Positions 32,266 to 44,516 of a DNA stretch of 64,000 nucleotides are shown in pieces. Each line of letters starts with the position of its first letter. Within the stretch, counting starts at the first letter, position 1. The DNA is taken from contig CALBZE010000091.1 in the NCBI GenBank assembly GCA_937889645.1, forward strand, positions 5,672-69,671, read 5' to 3'. The translations under genes were made by a program, and so were the position numbers. The DNA comes from an uncultured bacterium (GTDB lineage Bacteria; Gemmatimonadota; Gemmatimonadetes; Longimicrobiales; RSA9). Below the pieces are notes generated by a model. It made no database searches and was not told where the DNA came from. It saw nothing but the letters and a program-made list of their open reading frames with translations.

Positions 32266-33941
32266 CCCGCTGGCGTCGCGCGTTCGTCATCTTCTGGCGC
32301 CTGACGCCCTTCGTCTTCGCGTTCCTCCGCGACCGCCGACGCTGGATCCTCTTCGGTCGGCCCGCGCGCCGAACCACGGCCGACCACCGTCGCCGCGCCG
32401 ACCGCCTGACCTCCGCGATCGCCGACCTCGGCCCGACATTCATCAAGCTGGCCCAGGTCTTCAGCGCGCGCGCCGACATTCTGCCGGAGCCGTACCTCTC
32501 GGCGATCGGCCGGCTGCAGGACCGCGTCCCGCCCGTCCCGGCCGCGCGCATCGAGGCCGTCATCGCCGCCGAGCTCGGACGACCCGTAGACGACGTCTTC
32601 GCCTTCTTCGACCGCGAGCCGATCGCCGCCGCGAGCCTCGGCCAGGTCCACCGCGCGAAGGTGGCCGGCGAAGACGTCGCCGTGAAGGTCCTGCGCCCGG
32701 GCGTCGAGGCCCTCATCGCCGTCGATCTCGACATCTCGTTCCGGATCCTCTTCCTCCTGAACATCCTCTTCCCGAACCACCACGTCCGCGCGCTCACGAC
32801 CGTGGTCCGGGAGTTCAGCGTGCGCATCCGCGAGGAGGTCGACTTCCGACGCGAGGCGGACAACATCGCCACTTTCCGCGAGATCTTCACCCGCGACCGC
32901 CGCGTCCGCGCGCCGCGCGTCTTCGAGGAGTTCACCCGCCGCCGCGTCCTCGTCCTCGAGTGGATCGAAGGCGACAAGGTCGACAGCCTCGCCGACCGCT
33001 TCGCCACCGGCGAGCTGGAGTTCCGCCGGGTCATGGAACTCCTCATCGAGGTCTACCTGCGCATGCTCGTGGTCGACGGCTTCATGCACGCCGATCCGCA
33101 CCCCGGGAACATCGTCGTCGACCCCGAGGGGCGCATCGTCTTCCTCGACTGGGGGATGGCGATTCGCCTCACGCGCGCGACCCGCGACCAGCTCCTGCGC
33201 GTCTCCCTCGCCGCGGCGCGTGAGGACGTCGACGACCTCATCAACGGCATGTACGAGCTCGGGATGATCGATCCCGAGATCACCCGGGCCGAGGTACGCG
33301 ATGCGGCGGCCGAGATTCTGGGTATCATCCAGCGCGCCCGCGAGCTGGGACCCCGGGCGGTCCAGCACGCCGTGCGCGAGATCATGGACACGTTCTACAC
33401 CTGGCCGCTCATCCTCCCGCGCGAGCTCGTCTACTTCTTCCGCGCCGCCGCGATCCTGGAGGGGATCGGCTTCCGCTACGACCCGCTCTTCAACGGGCTC
33501 GAGGCCGTCCGCCCCGTGATCCGTCGCATGCGTGCCGACCTGCTGCGCGTCACCATGCGCGAGCCGGCGGAGGTCGCCCGCGGCGTGATCGACGAGACGC
33601 GTGCGGTCGTCCTCGGCCTGCGCGACGTGCTCCGCCGCGCGGAGCGGGAGGAGTTCCGCGTCCGCATTCATCCGCGCGACGTCCTGCACGCCGAGCGGTT
33701 CCTGCTCCTACAGGTCAGGCGCATCCTGCTCTCCCTCTTCGCCGTGACCGCGGCGCTGATCACGGCGCTGCTCTTCATCGCCCTGCGCAACTACTGGATC
33801 CTCGCGTTCGGGCTCGTCGCGGCGCTCGTCATGTTCCTCGTCGCGCTCGTGATCCCGACGCACCTCCTCGAGAATCCGCTCCGCCACGCCCGCGGACTCC
33901 GGCCGCCCGGCGAGGACGGATTGGGCCCGCCAGCGGTTTGA
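32262..33941 (+). CDS. AarF/UbiB/ABC1-family atypical kinase
   Basis: LGPTFIKLAQ, AAASLGQVH, VAVKV, HADPHPGN, LDWGM; C-terminal TM helices. Confidence 0.92.
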   Translation: MTRWRRAFVIFWRLTPFVFAFLRDRRRWILFGRPARRTTADHRRRADRLTSAIADLGPTFIKLAQVFSARADILPEPYLSAIGRLQDRVPPVPAARIEAVIAAELGRPVDDVFAFFDREPIAAASLGQVHRAKVAGEDVAVKVLRPGVEALIAVDLDISFRILFLLNILFPNHHVRALTTVVREFSVRIREEVDFRREADNIATFREIFTRDRRVRAPRVFEEFTRRRVLVLEWIEGDKVDSLADRFATGELEFRRVMELLIEVYLRMLVVDGFMHADPHPGNIVVDPEGRIVFLDWGMAIRLTRATRDQLLRVSLAAAREDVDDLINGMYELGMIDPEITRAEVRDAAAEILGIIQRARELGPRAVQHAVREIMDTFYTWPLILPRELVYFFRAAAILEGIGFRYDPLFNGLEAVRPVIRRMRADLLRVTMREPAEVARGVIDETRAVVLGLRDVLRRAEREEFRVRIHPRDVLHAERFLLLQVRRILLSLFAVTAALITALLFIALRNYWILAFGLVAALVMFLVALVIPTHLLENPLRHARGLRPPGEDGLGPPAV

Positions 33942-33973
33942 CAGCCCTCTCGGGCGGGTACATCTTTGACGTA

Positions 33974-35152
33974 ATGGACGAACTGACATTGACGGATGCG
34001 CAGCGCGAGCTGCTTTCGAAATTTCGCGACGGCCAGCGCACGGCACTGGCCCGCACGATATCGATCGTCGAGAGCGAGCGGCCCGGGTTCCAGGCGCTGC
34101 TCGGCGAGCTTCACGCGTCGCTCGGCAGGGCCCACCGGATCGGGATCACCGGCCCGCCCGGCGCGGGGAAGTCGACGCTGACCGGGCGCCTGGCCGCGGC
34201 GTACCGCGAGCGCGGTGAGACCGTCGCCATCGTCGCCGTAGACCCGACGTCGCCCTTCACGGGCGGCGCATTGCTCGGCGACCGGATCCGCATGAACGAC
34301 ATCGTCCTGGACCCGGGGATCTTCATCCGGTCCATGGCGACACGCGGCTCGCTCGGCGGTCTCGCCGTCACGACCGAGGAGGTCGTCGACGTTCTCGATG
34401 CGTTCGGGTTCGACCGGATCCTCATCGAAACGGTAGGGGTCGGGCAGTCCGAGCTGGACATCGCCGCCGCGGCGGACACGACCGTCGTGGTGCTCGTCCC
34501 GGAATCGGGCGACGGGATCCAGGCGATGAAGGCCGGGCTCATGGAGATCGCCGACCTGTTCGTCGTCAACAAGGCGGATCGCCCGGGCGCCGACCGACTC
34601 GTCCGCGACGTCGAGATGATGCTCCGGCTCCGCGAGGGTCGCACCAGCTTCCGCGTCCCCGCGCACCACGGCGTCGACCTCCGCAAGGTCGCGGAGGCGA
34701 CGCAAGCGCGCGATGCGGCCGGAAGGGGCGCGGCCGCGGCGAACGAGGAGGTCTCGACCGGCGCGCCGGGAGGCGACCGGGCCGCCTCGGGCGGCCCCCG
34801 GGGCGCTCACGGCGGCAACGAAGCGGCGCCATCCGTGGCCGCGGCGGCGCCCGACCGCTGGGAGATCCCCGTCCAGAAGACGATCGCGGAGCAGGGCGAG
34901 GGTGTCGCGGCGCTCATCGAGGCGCTCGACCGCCACCGCGACTGGATGGCCGAATCCGGGAAGTTGAGCGAGAAGCGCCGCGAGCGGCTGGATCGGCGCG
35001 TCCGCGATGCGGTCGCCCGACAGCTCGCGCGCACGGCGTGGCAGGAGCGGGGCGGGGAGGCGATCCTGCGCGAGTCGCTCGAGGCGCTCGAATCGGGTCG
35101 CGAGAGTCCCTACGCGGTGGCGGCGCGAATCGTGCGCGCCGTCACGGGGTAG
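33974..35152 (+). CDS. meaB: MeaB/ArgK-type GTPase chaperone for B12 mutases
   Basis: GITGPPGAGKST, VDPTSPFTGGALLGDRIRM, ETVGVGQSE, GDGIQAMKAGLMEIAD, NKAD. Confidence 0.95.
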   Translation: MDELTLTDAQRELLSKFRDGQRTALARTISIVESERPGFQALLGELHASLGRAHRIGITGPPGAGKSTLTGRLAAAYRERGETVAIVAVDPTSPFTGGALLGDRIRMNDIVLDPGIFIRSMATRGSLGGLAVTTEEVVDVLDAFGFDRILIETVGVGQSELDIAAAADTTVVVLVPESGDGIQAMKAGLMEIADLFVVNKADRPGADRLVRDVEMMLRLREGRTSFRVPAHHGVDLRKVAEATQARDAAGRGAAAANEEVSTGAPGGDRAASGGPRGAHGGNEAAPSVAAAAPDRWEIPVQKTIAEQGEGVAALIEALDRHRDWMAESGKLSEKRRERLDRRVRDAVARQLARTAWQERGGEAILRESLEALESGRESPYAVAARIVRAVTG

Positions 35153-35195
35153 AGGGGCGAGCACGGGTTCCCTTCAACACGACAGGGTTGAGAGC

Positions 35196-36917
<1,722 letters not shown>

Positions 36918-36946
36918 TGCACGGCTCGCCCGACCCCGCACGGGCC

Positions 36947-36996
36947 CACGCGCGAGGTCGCCGGACCGCCGGCCGCGGCGGTTCGGCCCTCGCGTG
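36947..36996 (+). terminator. GC-rich stem-loop after the mutase gene (possible terminator or processing site)
   Basis: CACGCG..GAGG pairs with CCTCGCGTG; inner ACCGCC pairs with GGCGGT; no U-tract. Confidence 0.35.
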
Positions 36997-37024
36997 AGCC
37001 GAGGGTCACCCGCACCACTTGCGA

Positions 37025-38380
37025 ATGGAAACGGACATAGCCCTGAGCGCTGGCGACATCATCTGGCGCCTGTCCATCGCGCTCTTCCTCGTCCTCGCCA
37101 ACGCATTCTTCGTCGCGGCCGAGTTCGCCCTGGTCGGCGCTCGTCGCACGCGCATCGAGTCGCTGGCCGAGGAAGGGAACACCCGTGCCCGCCTCGCGCG
37201 CATCGCCATCGGCAACCTCGACCACTACATCTCCGGGACGCAGCTCGGGATCACGCTCGCCTCGCTCGGCCTCGGTTGGGTCGGCGAGAGCACGCTCGCG
37301 GCGATCATCATCCAGGCCTTCGACGGCCTCCCGGCGCCGTGGAACATCGTCGCGACGCACACCGTCGCCGGCGTCATCGCGTTCGCGATGATCACGTTCC
37401 TCCACATCGTCCTGGGCGAGCTCGCGCCCAAGTCGCTCGCGCTCCTCTTCCCGGAGTCGACGAGCCTCTGGACCGCGGGGCCGCTGATCGGGTTCTCGAA
37501 GATCTTCTCCCCGTTCATCGCCGTGCTGAACGGCAGCGCGAACCTCATGCTGCGCATGGTCGGACTCCGCGCGCCTACCGAGGTCGAACGCGTCCACAGG
37601 CCGGAGGAGATCGAGATGCTCGTCACCCAGATGTACGAGCAGGGCGCGCTCGCCGAGGAGCCGGTCGAGATGATCCGCGGCGTGTTCGACCTGTCCGAGA
37701 CCACCGCCGCGGAGGTCATGACGCCGCGCACCGAGATCGTCGCCGTCCCCGTCGACTCGAGCGTCGACCAGGCGGCCGAGATCATCCTGGAGGCCGGACA
37801 CTCGCGCATCCCCGTCTACGACGGCTCGCTCGACCGCATCGTCGGCGTCGTCCTGGCCCGCGACGTGTGGCGCGCCCAGCGCGATGGGCTCCAGAGCATC
37901 GACGGGCTCATCCGGCCGCTCCCCTACGTCCCGGACAGCAAGGACATCGAGGGGCTGCTGCGGGAGATGCAGGAGCAGCGCGTCCACATGGCCGTCGTCG
38001 TCGACGAGTTCGGCGGCACCGCGGGGATCGTCACGCTCGAGGACCTGGTCGAGGAGATCGTCGGCGACATCCGCGACGAGTACGAAGTCGAGCCGCCCGC
38101 CATCGAGGAGGTCGACACCGGCGAGATCCTCGTCAACGGCTCGGTCAGCGTCTTCGACCTGAACGAGCGCTACGACCTCGCGCTCCCGGAGGACGAGTAC
38201 ACGACGGTCGCCGGGTACGTCATGGCTCGCCTGGGCCACATCCCGGTCGTGGGCGAAGAGGTCCAGTTCGCGGGCGGCCGGCTCCGCGTCGTCTCGATGG
38301 ATGGGCGCCGCGTCGATCGGCTCGCGCTCCAGCTCGAACCCCGCGACGCCGTCGCGGAGCGATCGGAGAGTCAGGACTGA
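37025..38380 (+). CDS. CNNM/CorC-HlyC family transporter (DUF21-CBS-CorC)
   Basis: NAFFVAAEFAL, QLGIT, LHIVLGELAPKS, VMTPRT, HSRIPV, VVDEFGGTAGIVTLEDLVEEIVG. Confidence 0.94.
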   Translation: METDIALSAGDIIWRLSIALFLVLANAFFVAAEFALVGARRTRIESLAEEGNTRARLARIAIGNLDHYISGTQLGITLASLGLGWVGESTLAAIIIQAFDGLPAPWNIVATHTVAGVIAFAMITFLHIVLGELAPKSLALLFPESTSLWTAGPLIGFSKIFSPFIAVLNGSANLMLRMVGLRAPTEVERVHRPEEIEMLVTQMYEQGALAEEPVEMIRGVFDLSETTAAEVMTPRTEIVAVPVDSSVDQAAEIILEAGHSRIPVYDGSLDRIVGVVLARDVWRAQRDGLQSIDGLIRPLPYVPDSKDIEGLLREMQEQRVHMAVVVDEFGGTAGIVTLEDLVEEIVGDIRDEYEVEPPAIEEVDTGEILVNGSVSVFDLNERYDLALPEDEYTTVAGYVMARLGHIPVVGEEVQFAGGRLRVVSMDGRRVDRLALQLEPRDAVAERSESQD

Positions 38381-38427
38381 GAGGCAAGGCGCGACGTCGG
38401 GGCGGCGTCGCGCCCGGCTGGTGCCTC
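38381..38427. terminator. Hairpin between convergent genes (possible bidirectional terminator)
   Basis: GGCGCGACG (38388-38396) and CGTCGCGCC (38406-38414) form a perfect 9-bp stem, flanked by GAGGCA/TGCCTC. Confidence 0.45.
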
Positions 38428-38429
38428 GC

Positions 38430-39185
38430 TCACCCCACGGATCTGCCGACGCTCGCGACCGCGATGACCCGCGGCGAATCGTGCCGCAGCGGTGAGCCGT
38501 CCCAATCGCCGTAGTAGGTCACCTCGTCGAAACCCGCCGCCCCGAGCAGGGCGTGGATCTCCGTCGCGGTGCGGAGCCTCAGCGCGTGTTGCTTCCGCCC
38601 GCGACGCTCGCCCCACCGCCAGCGCAGCCGCTCCTCGCTGATCCCCGTCACCGGGTCGAAGCGGCGCCGCACCCTCACCTCGATCCCGTTCGGCAGCGTC
38701 CACTCGTCCCGCTCGGCGTAGTTCGCGATCACGTCGTCCCGATGCATGCTCTCGAGGAGGAACTTGCCGCCGGGACGGAGCACCCGTCGCGCCTCGCGCA
38801 GCGCGCGGACGTCCTCCTGGTCGTCGAGGAAGAGCCCGAGCGACGTGAACACGTTGAACACGGCATCGAAGCTGCCGTCACGGAACGGCAGCGCCCGCAC
38901 GTCCGCGGCGACGTAGCGGAGCGGGAGCCCCGCCTCGCGGGCGCCCGATGCGGCGCGCCGGAGCAGATCCACCGAGAGGTCGGCGCCATACGCCTGCAGC
39001 CCGGCTCCGGGGAGGAGATTGGTGTGCCTCCCCCAACCGCACGGCACGTCCAGGATCCGCGCATCCGCCGGGAGGCCGAGCATATCGATGATCGCGCCCA
39101 CCTCGCGGCGGCTCTCCGCCTCGGGAAACAGATCTTCGTGCAGGTGAAAGAAAGTCTCGTCGAAGTACGTGCGCCACCAGGCCAT
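38430..39185 (-). CDS. Class I SAM-dependent methyltransferase
   Basis: ILDVPCGWGRH motif I, GADLS, ADVRALPF, FDAVFNVFTSLG, LRPGGKFLLE. Confidence 0.9.
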   Translation of the reverse strand: MAWWRTYFDETFFHLHEDLFPEAESRREVGAIIDMLGLPADARILDVPCGWGRHTNLLPGAGLQAYGADLSVDLLRRAASGAREAGLPLRYVAADVRALPFRDGSFDAVFNVFTSLGLFLDDQEDVRALREARRVLRPGGKFLLESMHRDDVIANYAERDEWTLPNGIEVRVRRRFDPVTGISEERLRWRWGERRGRKQHALRLRTATEIHALLGAAGFDEVTYYGDWDGSPLRHDSPRVIAVASVGRSVG

Positions 39186-39413
39186 GCGCTGCGATCCGGG
39201 GCTCGGGGTTCGCTGGCCCGCGCACGATGCGCGAGCCTGTCGCCGTCCGGAAACGCCGCGCGCGCCGGACGCGGCGCAGAGGTTGGCGTGCAGAGCGTCG
39301 GCTGTCAATGACCCGACCTCGCGCGGCCCCGCGTTTCCTTGCCGCGCCTCGAACCCCCGCGTAACTTTCGCTTGCCGTATTCCTCGACAACCGAACGAAC
39401 GATCGAATTCGAC

Positions 39414-39848
39414 ATGACAGGACAGACCACCATGGCCCAGCGCAAGATTCGTGTGCTCGTGGCCAAACCCGGGCTCGACGGCCACGACCGCGGCGCCAAG
39501 GTGATCGCGAGCGCGTTCCGTGACGCCGGCTTCGAGGTGATCTACACCGGCCTGCACCAGACGCCCGAGATGATCGTCAACGCGGCGATCCAGGAGGACG
39601 TCGACGTCATCGCCGTCTCGATCCTCTCCGGCGCGCACATGACGCTCTTCCGCCGGATCATGGACCTGCTGAAGGAGAACGGCGTCGAGGACGTCCTCGT
39701 CACGGGCGGCGGGATCATCCCCGAGGACGACGTAGCCGAGCTCCGGCGCATGGGCGTCGGCCGGATCTTCGGGCCCGGCACCCCGACGTCGGAGCCGATC
39801 GCGTACATTCGAGAGTGGGCGGCCCAGCATGCCCGTGACCGGGAGTAA
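39414..39848 (+). CDS. Cobalamin-binding small subunit of acyl-CoA mutase
   Basis: [13 protein letters not shown] (DxHxxG), SILSGAH, GGIIP, FGPGT; alternative start 39432. Confidence 0.93.
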   Translation: MTGQTTMAQRKIRVLVAKPGLDGHDRGAKVIASAFRDAGFEVIYTGLHQTPEMIVNAAIQEDVDVIAVSILSGAHMTLFRRIMDLLKENGVEDVLVTGGGIIPEDDVAELRRMGVGRIFGPGTPTSEPIAYIREWAAQHARDRE

Positions 39849-41535
39849 GAGCGTCGGCCAGGAAACTTCCCGGCTGAGAAGGCTGACCGAGGAGCTGCTC
39901 GAGCTGGAGGAGCGGCTCCGCCAGGGCGGCGGGCCGGACAAGATCGAGCGGCAGCACGCCCAGGGGAAGCTGACGGCGCGCGAGCGGATCGCGCTCCTCC
40001 TCGACCCGGGGACCGAGCTGCTCGAGATCGGCCTCCTCGTCGCCTACGACCGCTACGACGGCCAGGCGCCCGCGGCGGGCGTGGTGACCGGGATCGGCGT
40101 CGTTCACGACCGGCCCGTCGTGGTCGTCGCCAATGACGCGACGGTCAAGGCCGGCTCCTGGTGGCCCGAGACGATCACCAAGATGCTCCGGGCCCAGGAG
40201 ATCGCCATGCGCTGCCGCGTGCCGATCGTCTACCTGGTCGATTCCGCGGGCGTCAACCTTCCCTACCAGGGCGGTGTCTTCCCCGGCCAGTACGGCGCGA
40301 GCCGGCTCTTCTACTACAACTCGATCATGCGGCGATACCTGCGCGTGCCGCAGATCGCAGCGGTCATGGGCCCCTGCATCGCCGGCGGCGCGTACCTCCC
40401 CGCGCTCTCCGACGTGATCCTCATGGTCGAGGGGACCAGCTTCATGGGGCTGGGCGGCCCGAACCTGGTCAAGGGCGCCACCGGCCAGACCGTGGATGCG
40501 GAGACGCTGGGCGGCGCATGGACGCACAACGCTCTCAGCGGGGTCGCCCACTACCGGCTCCCCGACGACCGCGCCTGCGTCGCGAAGATCCGCGAGATGA
40601 TCGCGGAGCTGCCGTACCGCGCGCCCCGGCTCGGCGAGCCGGAGCCGCCTGGCCGCTCCCCGGAGGACCTCTACGACCTCCTCCCCGACGACCACCGCCA
40701 GCCCTACGACATGCGCGAGGTGCTGGCGTGCATCCTGGACAATGGCCGGCTGGACGAGTTCCAGGCCGACTTCGCGCCCGAGATGATCTGCGGCACCGCA
40801 CGGGTCCAGGGGATCGTCGTCGGCGTGATCGCCAACGCCCGCGGCATGCTCCGCGACCCGCACGGCGGGCCGCCCAAGTTCGGCGGGATCGTCTACACGG
40901 ACAGCGCCGAGAAGGTGGCGTACTTCATCGAGACGATGAACCGCCACGGCACCCCGCTCCTCTTCGTCCAGGACGTGAGCGGCTTCATGGTCGGCACCGA
41001 GGCCGAGCACTCGGGGATCATCCGCGCCGGCGCCCGCTTCGTCGAGGCGATGGCGACGGCGACGGTCCCCAAGGTCGTCCTCACCGTCAACCACGCCTCC
41101 GGCGCCGGTTACTACGCGATGGCGGGGCAGGGCTTCGACCCGGACTTCATCTTCACGTGGCCGACCGGACGGATGGGCGTGATGGAGGGCGAGAGCGCCG
41201 TCATGGCGCTCTTCGGCCCGCAGCTCGAAGAGCTGAAGAAGGCGGGGAAGGAGCCCGACGACGCGCTCCGGGCGAAGATCGAGGCGGTCCGCGCCGACTA
41301 CGAGCACCAGCTAGACGCCCGCTACGCCGCCGCGCGCGGCTTCGTCGACGCCGTCGTCCGCCCCGAACACACCCGCGACGTCCTCGCCCTCGCGCTCCGC
41401 ACCGCGCTACACAACCCCGGCCCGCACCTGGGACCGTGGGGCGAGCTCGCAGATGGCGCGGTGGCCCGACCGATGGTCGAGGGCGTCCAGGCCCCGAATT
41501 CGAGCCCGCCCGGGTACGGCGGGCCGTCGGCCTGA
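39829..41535 (+). CDS. Acyl-CoA carboxylase carboxyltransferase subunit (MCC-beta/LiuB/AtuC-like)
   Basis: [54 protein letters not shown]. Confidence 0.88.
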   Translation: MPVTGSKSVGQETSRLRRLTEELLELEERLRQGGGPDKIERQHAQGKLTARERIALLLDPGTELLEIGLLVAYDRYDGQAPAAGVVTGIGVVHDRPVVVVANDATVKAGSWWPETITKMLRAQEIAMRCRVPIVYLVDSAGVNLPYQGGVFPGQYGASRLFYYNSIMRRYLRVPQIAAVMGPCIAGGAYLPALSDVILMVEGTSFMGLGGPNLVKGATGQTVDAETLGGAWTHNALSGVAHYRLPDDRACVAKIREMIAELPYRAPRLGEPEPPGRSPEDLYDLLPDDHRQPYDMREVLACILDNGRLDEFQADFAPEMICGTARVQGIVVGVIANARGMLRDPHGGPPKFGGIVYTDSAEKVAYFIETMNRHGTPLLFVQDVSGFMVGTEAEHSGIIRAGARFVEAMATATVPKVVLTVNHASGAGYYAMAGQGFDPDFIFTWPTGRMGVMEGESAVMALFGPQLEELKKAGKEPDDALRAKIEAVRADYEHQLDARYAAARGFVDAVVRPEHTRDVLALALRTALHNPGPHLGPWGELADGAVARPMVEGVQAPNSSPPGYGGPSA

Positions 41536-41547
41536 CCGCGACCCCGC

Positions 41548-43200
41548 TCAGTTGCCGGCGCCGAGCGCCGTCCGCGCGACGTCGAACGCCGCGACCGCCG
41601 CCGCGACCTCGGGGTCGACGGCGGCCGCGACGCGGGAATAGCCGCTCGCACCCCACCGCGCCGCAGCGATCGAGAGCAGGAGTAGCTCCTCGAGGCGCCG
41701 GTCGGTTTCGTCGCCATCGGGGATGCGGATCCCCTGTTCCCGTGCGAAGTCGCGAAACAACGGGATCGCGTCCGGAGGGAGCCGCGGCGTCCCCGCGAGC
41801 GTCTCCGGGTCCGGGAACCGATGCGCATTCGCCTCGATGTAGCCCGGCGTCCAACGGAGCGGGAGCAGCGACTCGCGCACCTGCGCCAGCCAGAGCGGGT
41901 CCTCGCGCCGATCGAGCACCACGTCCGGGTAGATCCCGCCGCCACCGTAAACCGTGCGACCGCCGGCCGTGGTGCACGTCGGGCGCCCGGCCCGGTCGCG
42001 TTCCTCCCGGCTCGCCCGGTAGTAGTCCCGTGTCGTGACCGACCGGTATTCGCGCTGGATATTGCGGCCGCACGGCGTCCGGACGTGACCGACGACCAGC
42101 ACGAACACCGAGCCGTCGGTCATGGGGAACGCTTGCATCATCAGCGACTTGCCGAAGGTCGGCCGGCCCACGATCAGTGCACGGTCGTGATCCTGGAGCG
42201 CGCCTGCGACCAGCTCGGCGGCACTCGCCGTCCCGGAGTTCACGAGCACCACGATCGGATACGTCCGCTCGCTCCGCCATAACGAGCGCTCCACGCGGAT
42301 CGTGTCGACGACTTCCTTCTTGCGGCCGGTCGTCGTGAAGACGATGGCGCCCTTCGGCAGGAACGTCCCGGCGACTTTCGCGGCCTCGTCCAACAGCCCG
42401 CCGCCGTTGTCGCGCAGGTCGAGGACGAGGCGCCTCATCCCCGCACGCTCCAGGCGCGCGAGCTCGCTGTCGAGGTCTTTCGCGATGTCGGCTCGGTCGA
42501 ACGTCACGACGTGCACGTACCCGGTCGAATCGTCGAGGAGGGTCGCCGCCGCGATCGCGCTTGCCTCCCGCGTGTCTTCGCGCTCCACGGCCCGCTCGAG
42601 CCTCGCATACGAGCCGTCGATGCGTCGGCGCTCGAGCGTGAGCGACACCGATGTGCCCGGGGCGCCCGCCAGCATGATTTCCAGCTCCATCTCGCTCTGG
42701 GCGGTGACGGGCGCGTCGTCGATAGCGACCAGCTCGTCGCCGGGCAGAATGTCTTGCCGCGCCGCGCGAGACGCCCGATCGACCCCGGCGACGACAGGTG
42801 AGCCGCCCACGAAGCGGAACCGGATCGGGACCGGCACCAGGCGACCAGCCCGGTACTCCGCCTCCTTCTCCGGTGAGAGACGCGTGGCAGGGAGGACGTA
42901 CGAGTGCGGATCCACCGCACGGATCATCCCTTCGACCGCCGCCATGAAAAGCGCATGCGTGTCCACCGAATCCGGGTGATTGACCCGGATCTGGTTGAGC
43001 ACCTGGCTGAACATCTGCAGGTCCTCGTAGACCGTGCGCTGGCGGATCGCCCGGTTCTCCTGTGCGTTCGTAGAACCGGGCGCGAGGACGGTCGCCAGAG
43101 CCACGGCAAGGGCAACGAAGAGTGCGGCGGTCCGGCCTCCCGGCGTCGCGCGCCCGGGCGCGCCCGCGGCGCGTGCCGTCCCGCGGCGCCGAGCGGTCAT
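41548..43200 (-). CDS. S41 family carboxyl-terminal peptidase (PDZ + catalytic), exported
   Basis: DPHSY, LDLRDNGGGLL, NSGTASAAE (Ser), GALQD, TFGKS (Lys); N-terminal signal peptide. Confidence 0.92.
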   Translation of the reverse strand: MTARRRGTARAAGAPGRATPGGRTAALFVALAVALATVLAPGSTNAQENRAIRQRTVYEDLQMFSQVLNQIRVNHPDSVDTHALFMAAVEGMIRAVDPHSYVLPATRLSPEKEAEYRAGRLVPVPIRFRFVGGSPVVAGVDRASRAARQDILPGDELVAIDDAPVTAQSEMELEIMLAGAPGTSVSLTLERRRIDGSYARLERAVEREDTREASAIAAATLLDDSTGYVHVVTFDRADIAKDLDSELARLERAGMRRLVLDLRDNGGGLLDEAAKVAGTFLPKGAIVFTTTGRKKEVVDTIRVERSLWRSERTYPIVVLVNSGTASAAELVAGALQDHDRALIVGRPTFGKSLMMQAFPMTDGSVFVLVVGHVRTPCGRNIQREYRSVTTRDYYRASREERDRAGRPTCTTAGGRTVYGGGGIYPDVVLDRREDPLWLAQVRESLLPLRWTPGYIEANAHRFPDPETLAGTPRLPPDAIPLFRDFAREQGIRIPDGDETDRRLEELLLLSIAAARWGASGYSRVAAAVDPEVAAAVAAFDVARTALGAGN

Positions 43201-44438
43201 CGCCCGCCCCCAGCCGCTGCCAGCCGCTGCAGCCGCCGCTCGATCTCCGCCCTTCCCTCCGCGCGTCGGCTCGCCCGGGCAAGGTACTCGCGGTACGCCG
43301 CCGCGGCGTCCGCCAGCCTCCCCTGACGCTCGAGTACCTCGCCCAGTTCCCGGTAGGGCTCGGCGAACAGTGGCTCCAGTTCGATCGACTGCCTCAGCTC
43401 GGCTTCGGCTTCCTCGAGCATCCCGACCCGCGCGAGCATCGAACCGTTCCGGTAGCGAATCCCGGCATCGTCCGGTGCCACGGATACGGCGAGCGCGAAC
43501 TCGCTCAGCGCCGTCGCCGTGTCACCGGCCTCGAGCGCGAGCTCGGCCAGCCGAATGTGCGCCGGCGCGTACGAGAGGTCCTCCTGGAGCGCCCGCGCGT
43601 ACGCGCTGCGAGCGCCCTCGACATCGCCGCGTTCCTCCAGGACCATGCCGATGCTGAACTCGAGAAGCATCTTCGGCTGGTACAGCCGGACCAGCTCTTC
43701 GTCGTCCTTCTCCCGCAGCAGCGCCAGTGCGGTCTCGTACGACTTCAACGCCGCGTCGCCGGCTCCGGTCAGGAACTGGACCCGCGCCAGATCGGCCCAG
43801 AGATCCGGGTCGTTCTTGCGCCACCGGGCGGCTTCGTCGTAAAGATCCCGCGCGACGCCTAGCCGGCCATCGCCTTCCGCGATCCGCGCTCGGACCTCCG
43901 GGTTCGCCCGGCTCAGCTCCTCGTCCAGGACGTACTCGATGTCGCTACGACTGACGTACGTGGCCGCGCCCACCTGACGCAACTCCTTCTCGATTCGCGT
44001 CACCCACGCGTGCTTGATCGCGATCACGTCGTATTTGCGCTGCAGGAACGGGTTCATCGAGAGGGCCCGGTACATCAACGAATCGAGCCGCGCCACGCCC
44101 GGAACGTTCCGCACCTGACGCCGGTTGAACAGGTAATCGTAGAACAGGTCCGGGTTGGTCATGAAAGCCGCCGTGCGCCAGGCATAGATCGGGTCCGCCC
44201 AGAGGGGGTCGAGCCGCGAGGCACGGTAGAACGCGCTCGCCGCCCGGTCGGGCGCCTGCCTCAGCACGGTTTCGCCGTACCGGTACACGTCGTACGGATC
44301 GTTCGGATCGTAGCCGGCCGGCAGATTGGGCTCCGGTACGGGCTCGGCCAGCGGGTCCCAATTCGAGCCCCCCGAGACGCACGCGCCGCTCACCAGGAGG
44401 CACAGGAGCAGCAATGAGAACGACCGCGGAATCATCAC
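43197..44438 (-). CDS. Tetratricopeptide-repeat lipoprotein
   Basis: Lipobox-like SGAC; TPR-like repeats ([35 protein letters not shown]); ATGA overlap with the S41 gene. Confidence 0.82.
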   Translation of the reverse strand: MMIPRSFSLLLLCLLVSGACVSGGSNWDPLAEPVPEPNLPAGYDPNDPYDVYRYGETVLRQAPDRAASAFYRASRLDPLWADPIYAWRTAAFMTNPDLFYDYLFNRRQVRNVPGVARLDSLMYRALSMNPFLQRKYDVIAIKHAWVTRIEKELRQVGAATYVSRSDIEYVLDEELSRANPEVRARIAEGDGRLGVARDLYDEAARWRKNDPDLWADLARVQFLTGAGDAALKSYETALALLREKDDEELVRLYQPKMLLEFSIGMVLEERGDVEGARSAYARALQEDLSYAPAHIRLAELALEAGDTATALSEFALAVSVAPDDAGIRYRNGSMLARVGMLEEAEAELRQSIELEPLFAEPYRELGEVLERQGRLADAAAAYREYLARASRRAEGRAEIERRLQRLAAAGGGR

Positions 44439-44516
44439 GCACTCCCGATATGACGGTGGAAGAACCGGCGCGGGGGAGCGCGCGCCGGAGTAGGGGCGAG
44501 AACATATTAATCCGGC

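Noticed and set aside
39186-39413. Cobalamin riboswitch upstream of the B12-binding subunit (also checked 35153-35195)
   Set aside because: GC hairpins are present but no B12-box or other conserved elements were recognisable; an Rfam scan would be decisive.
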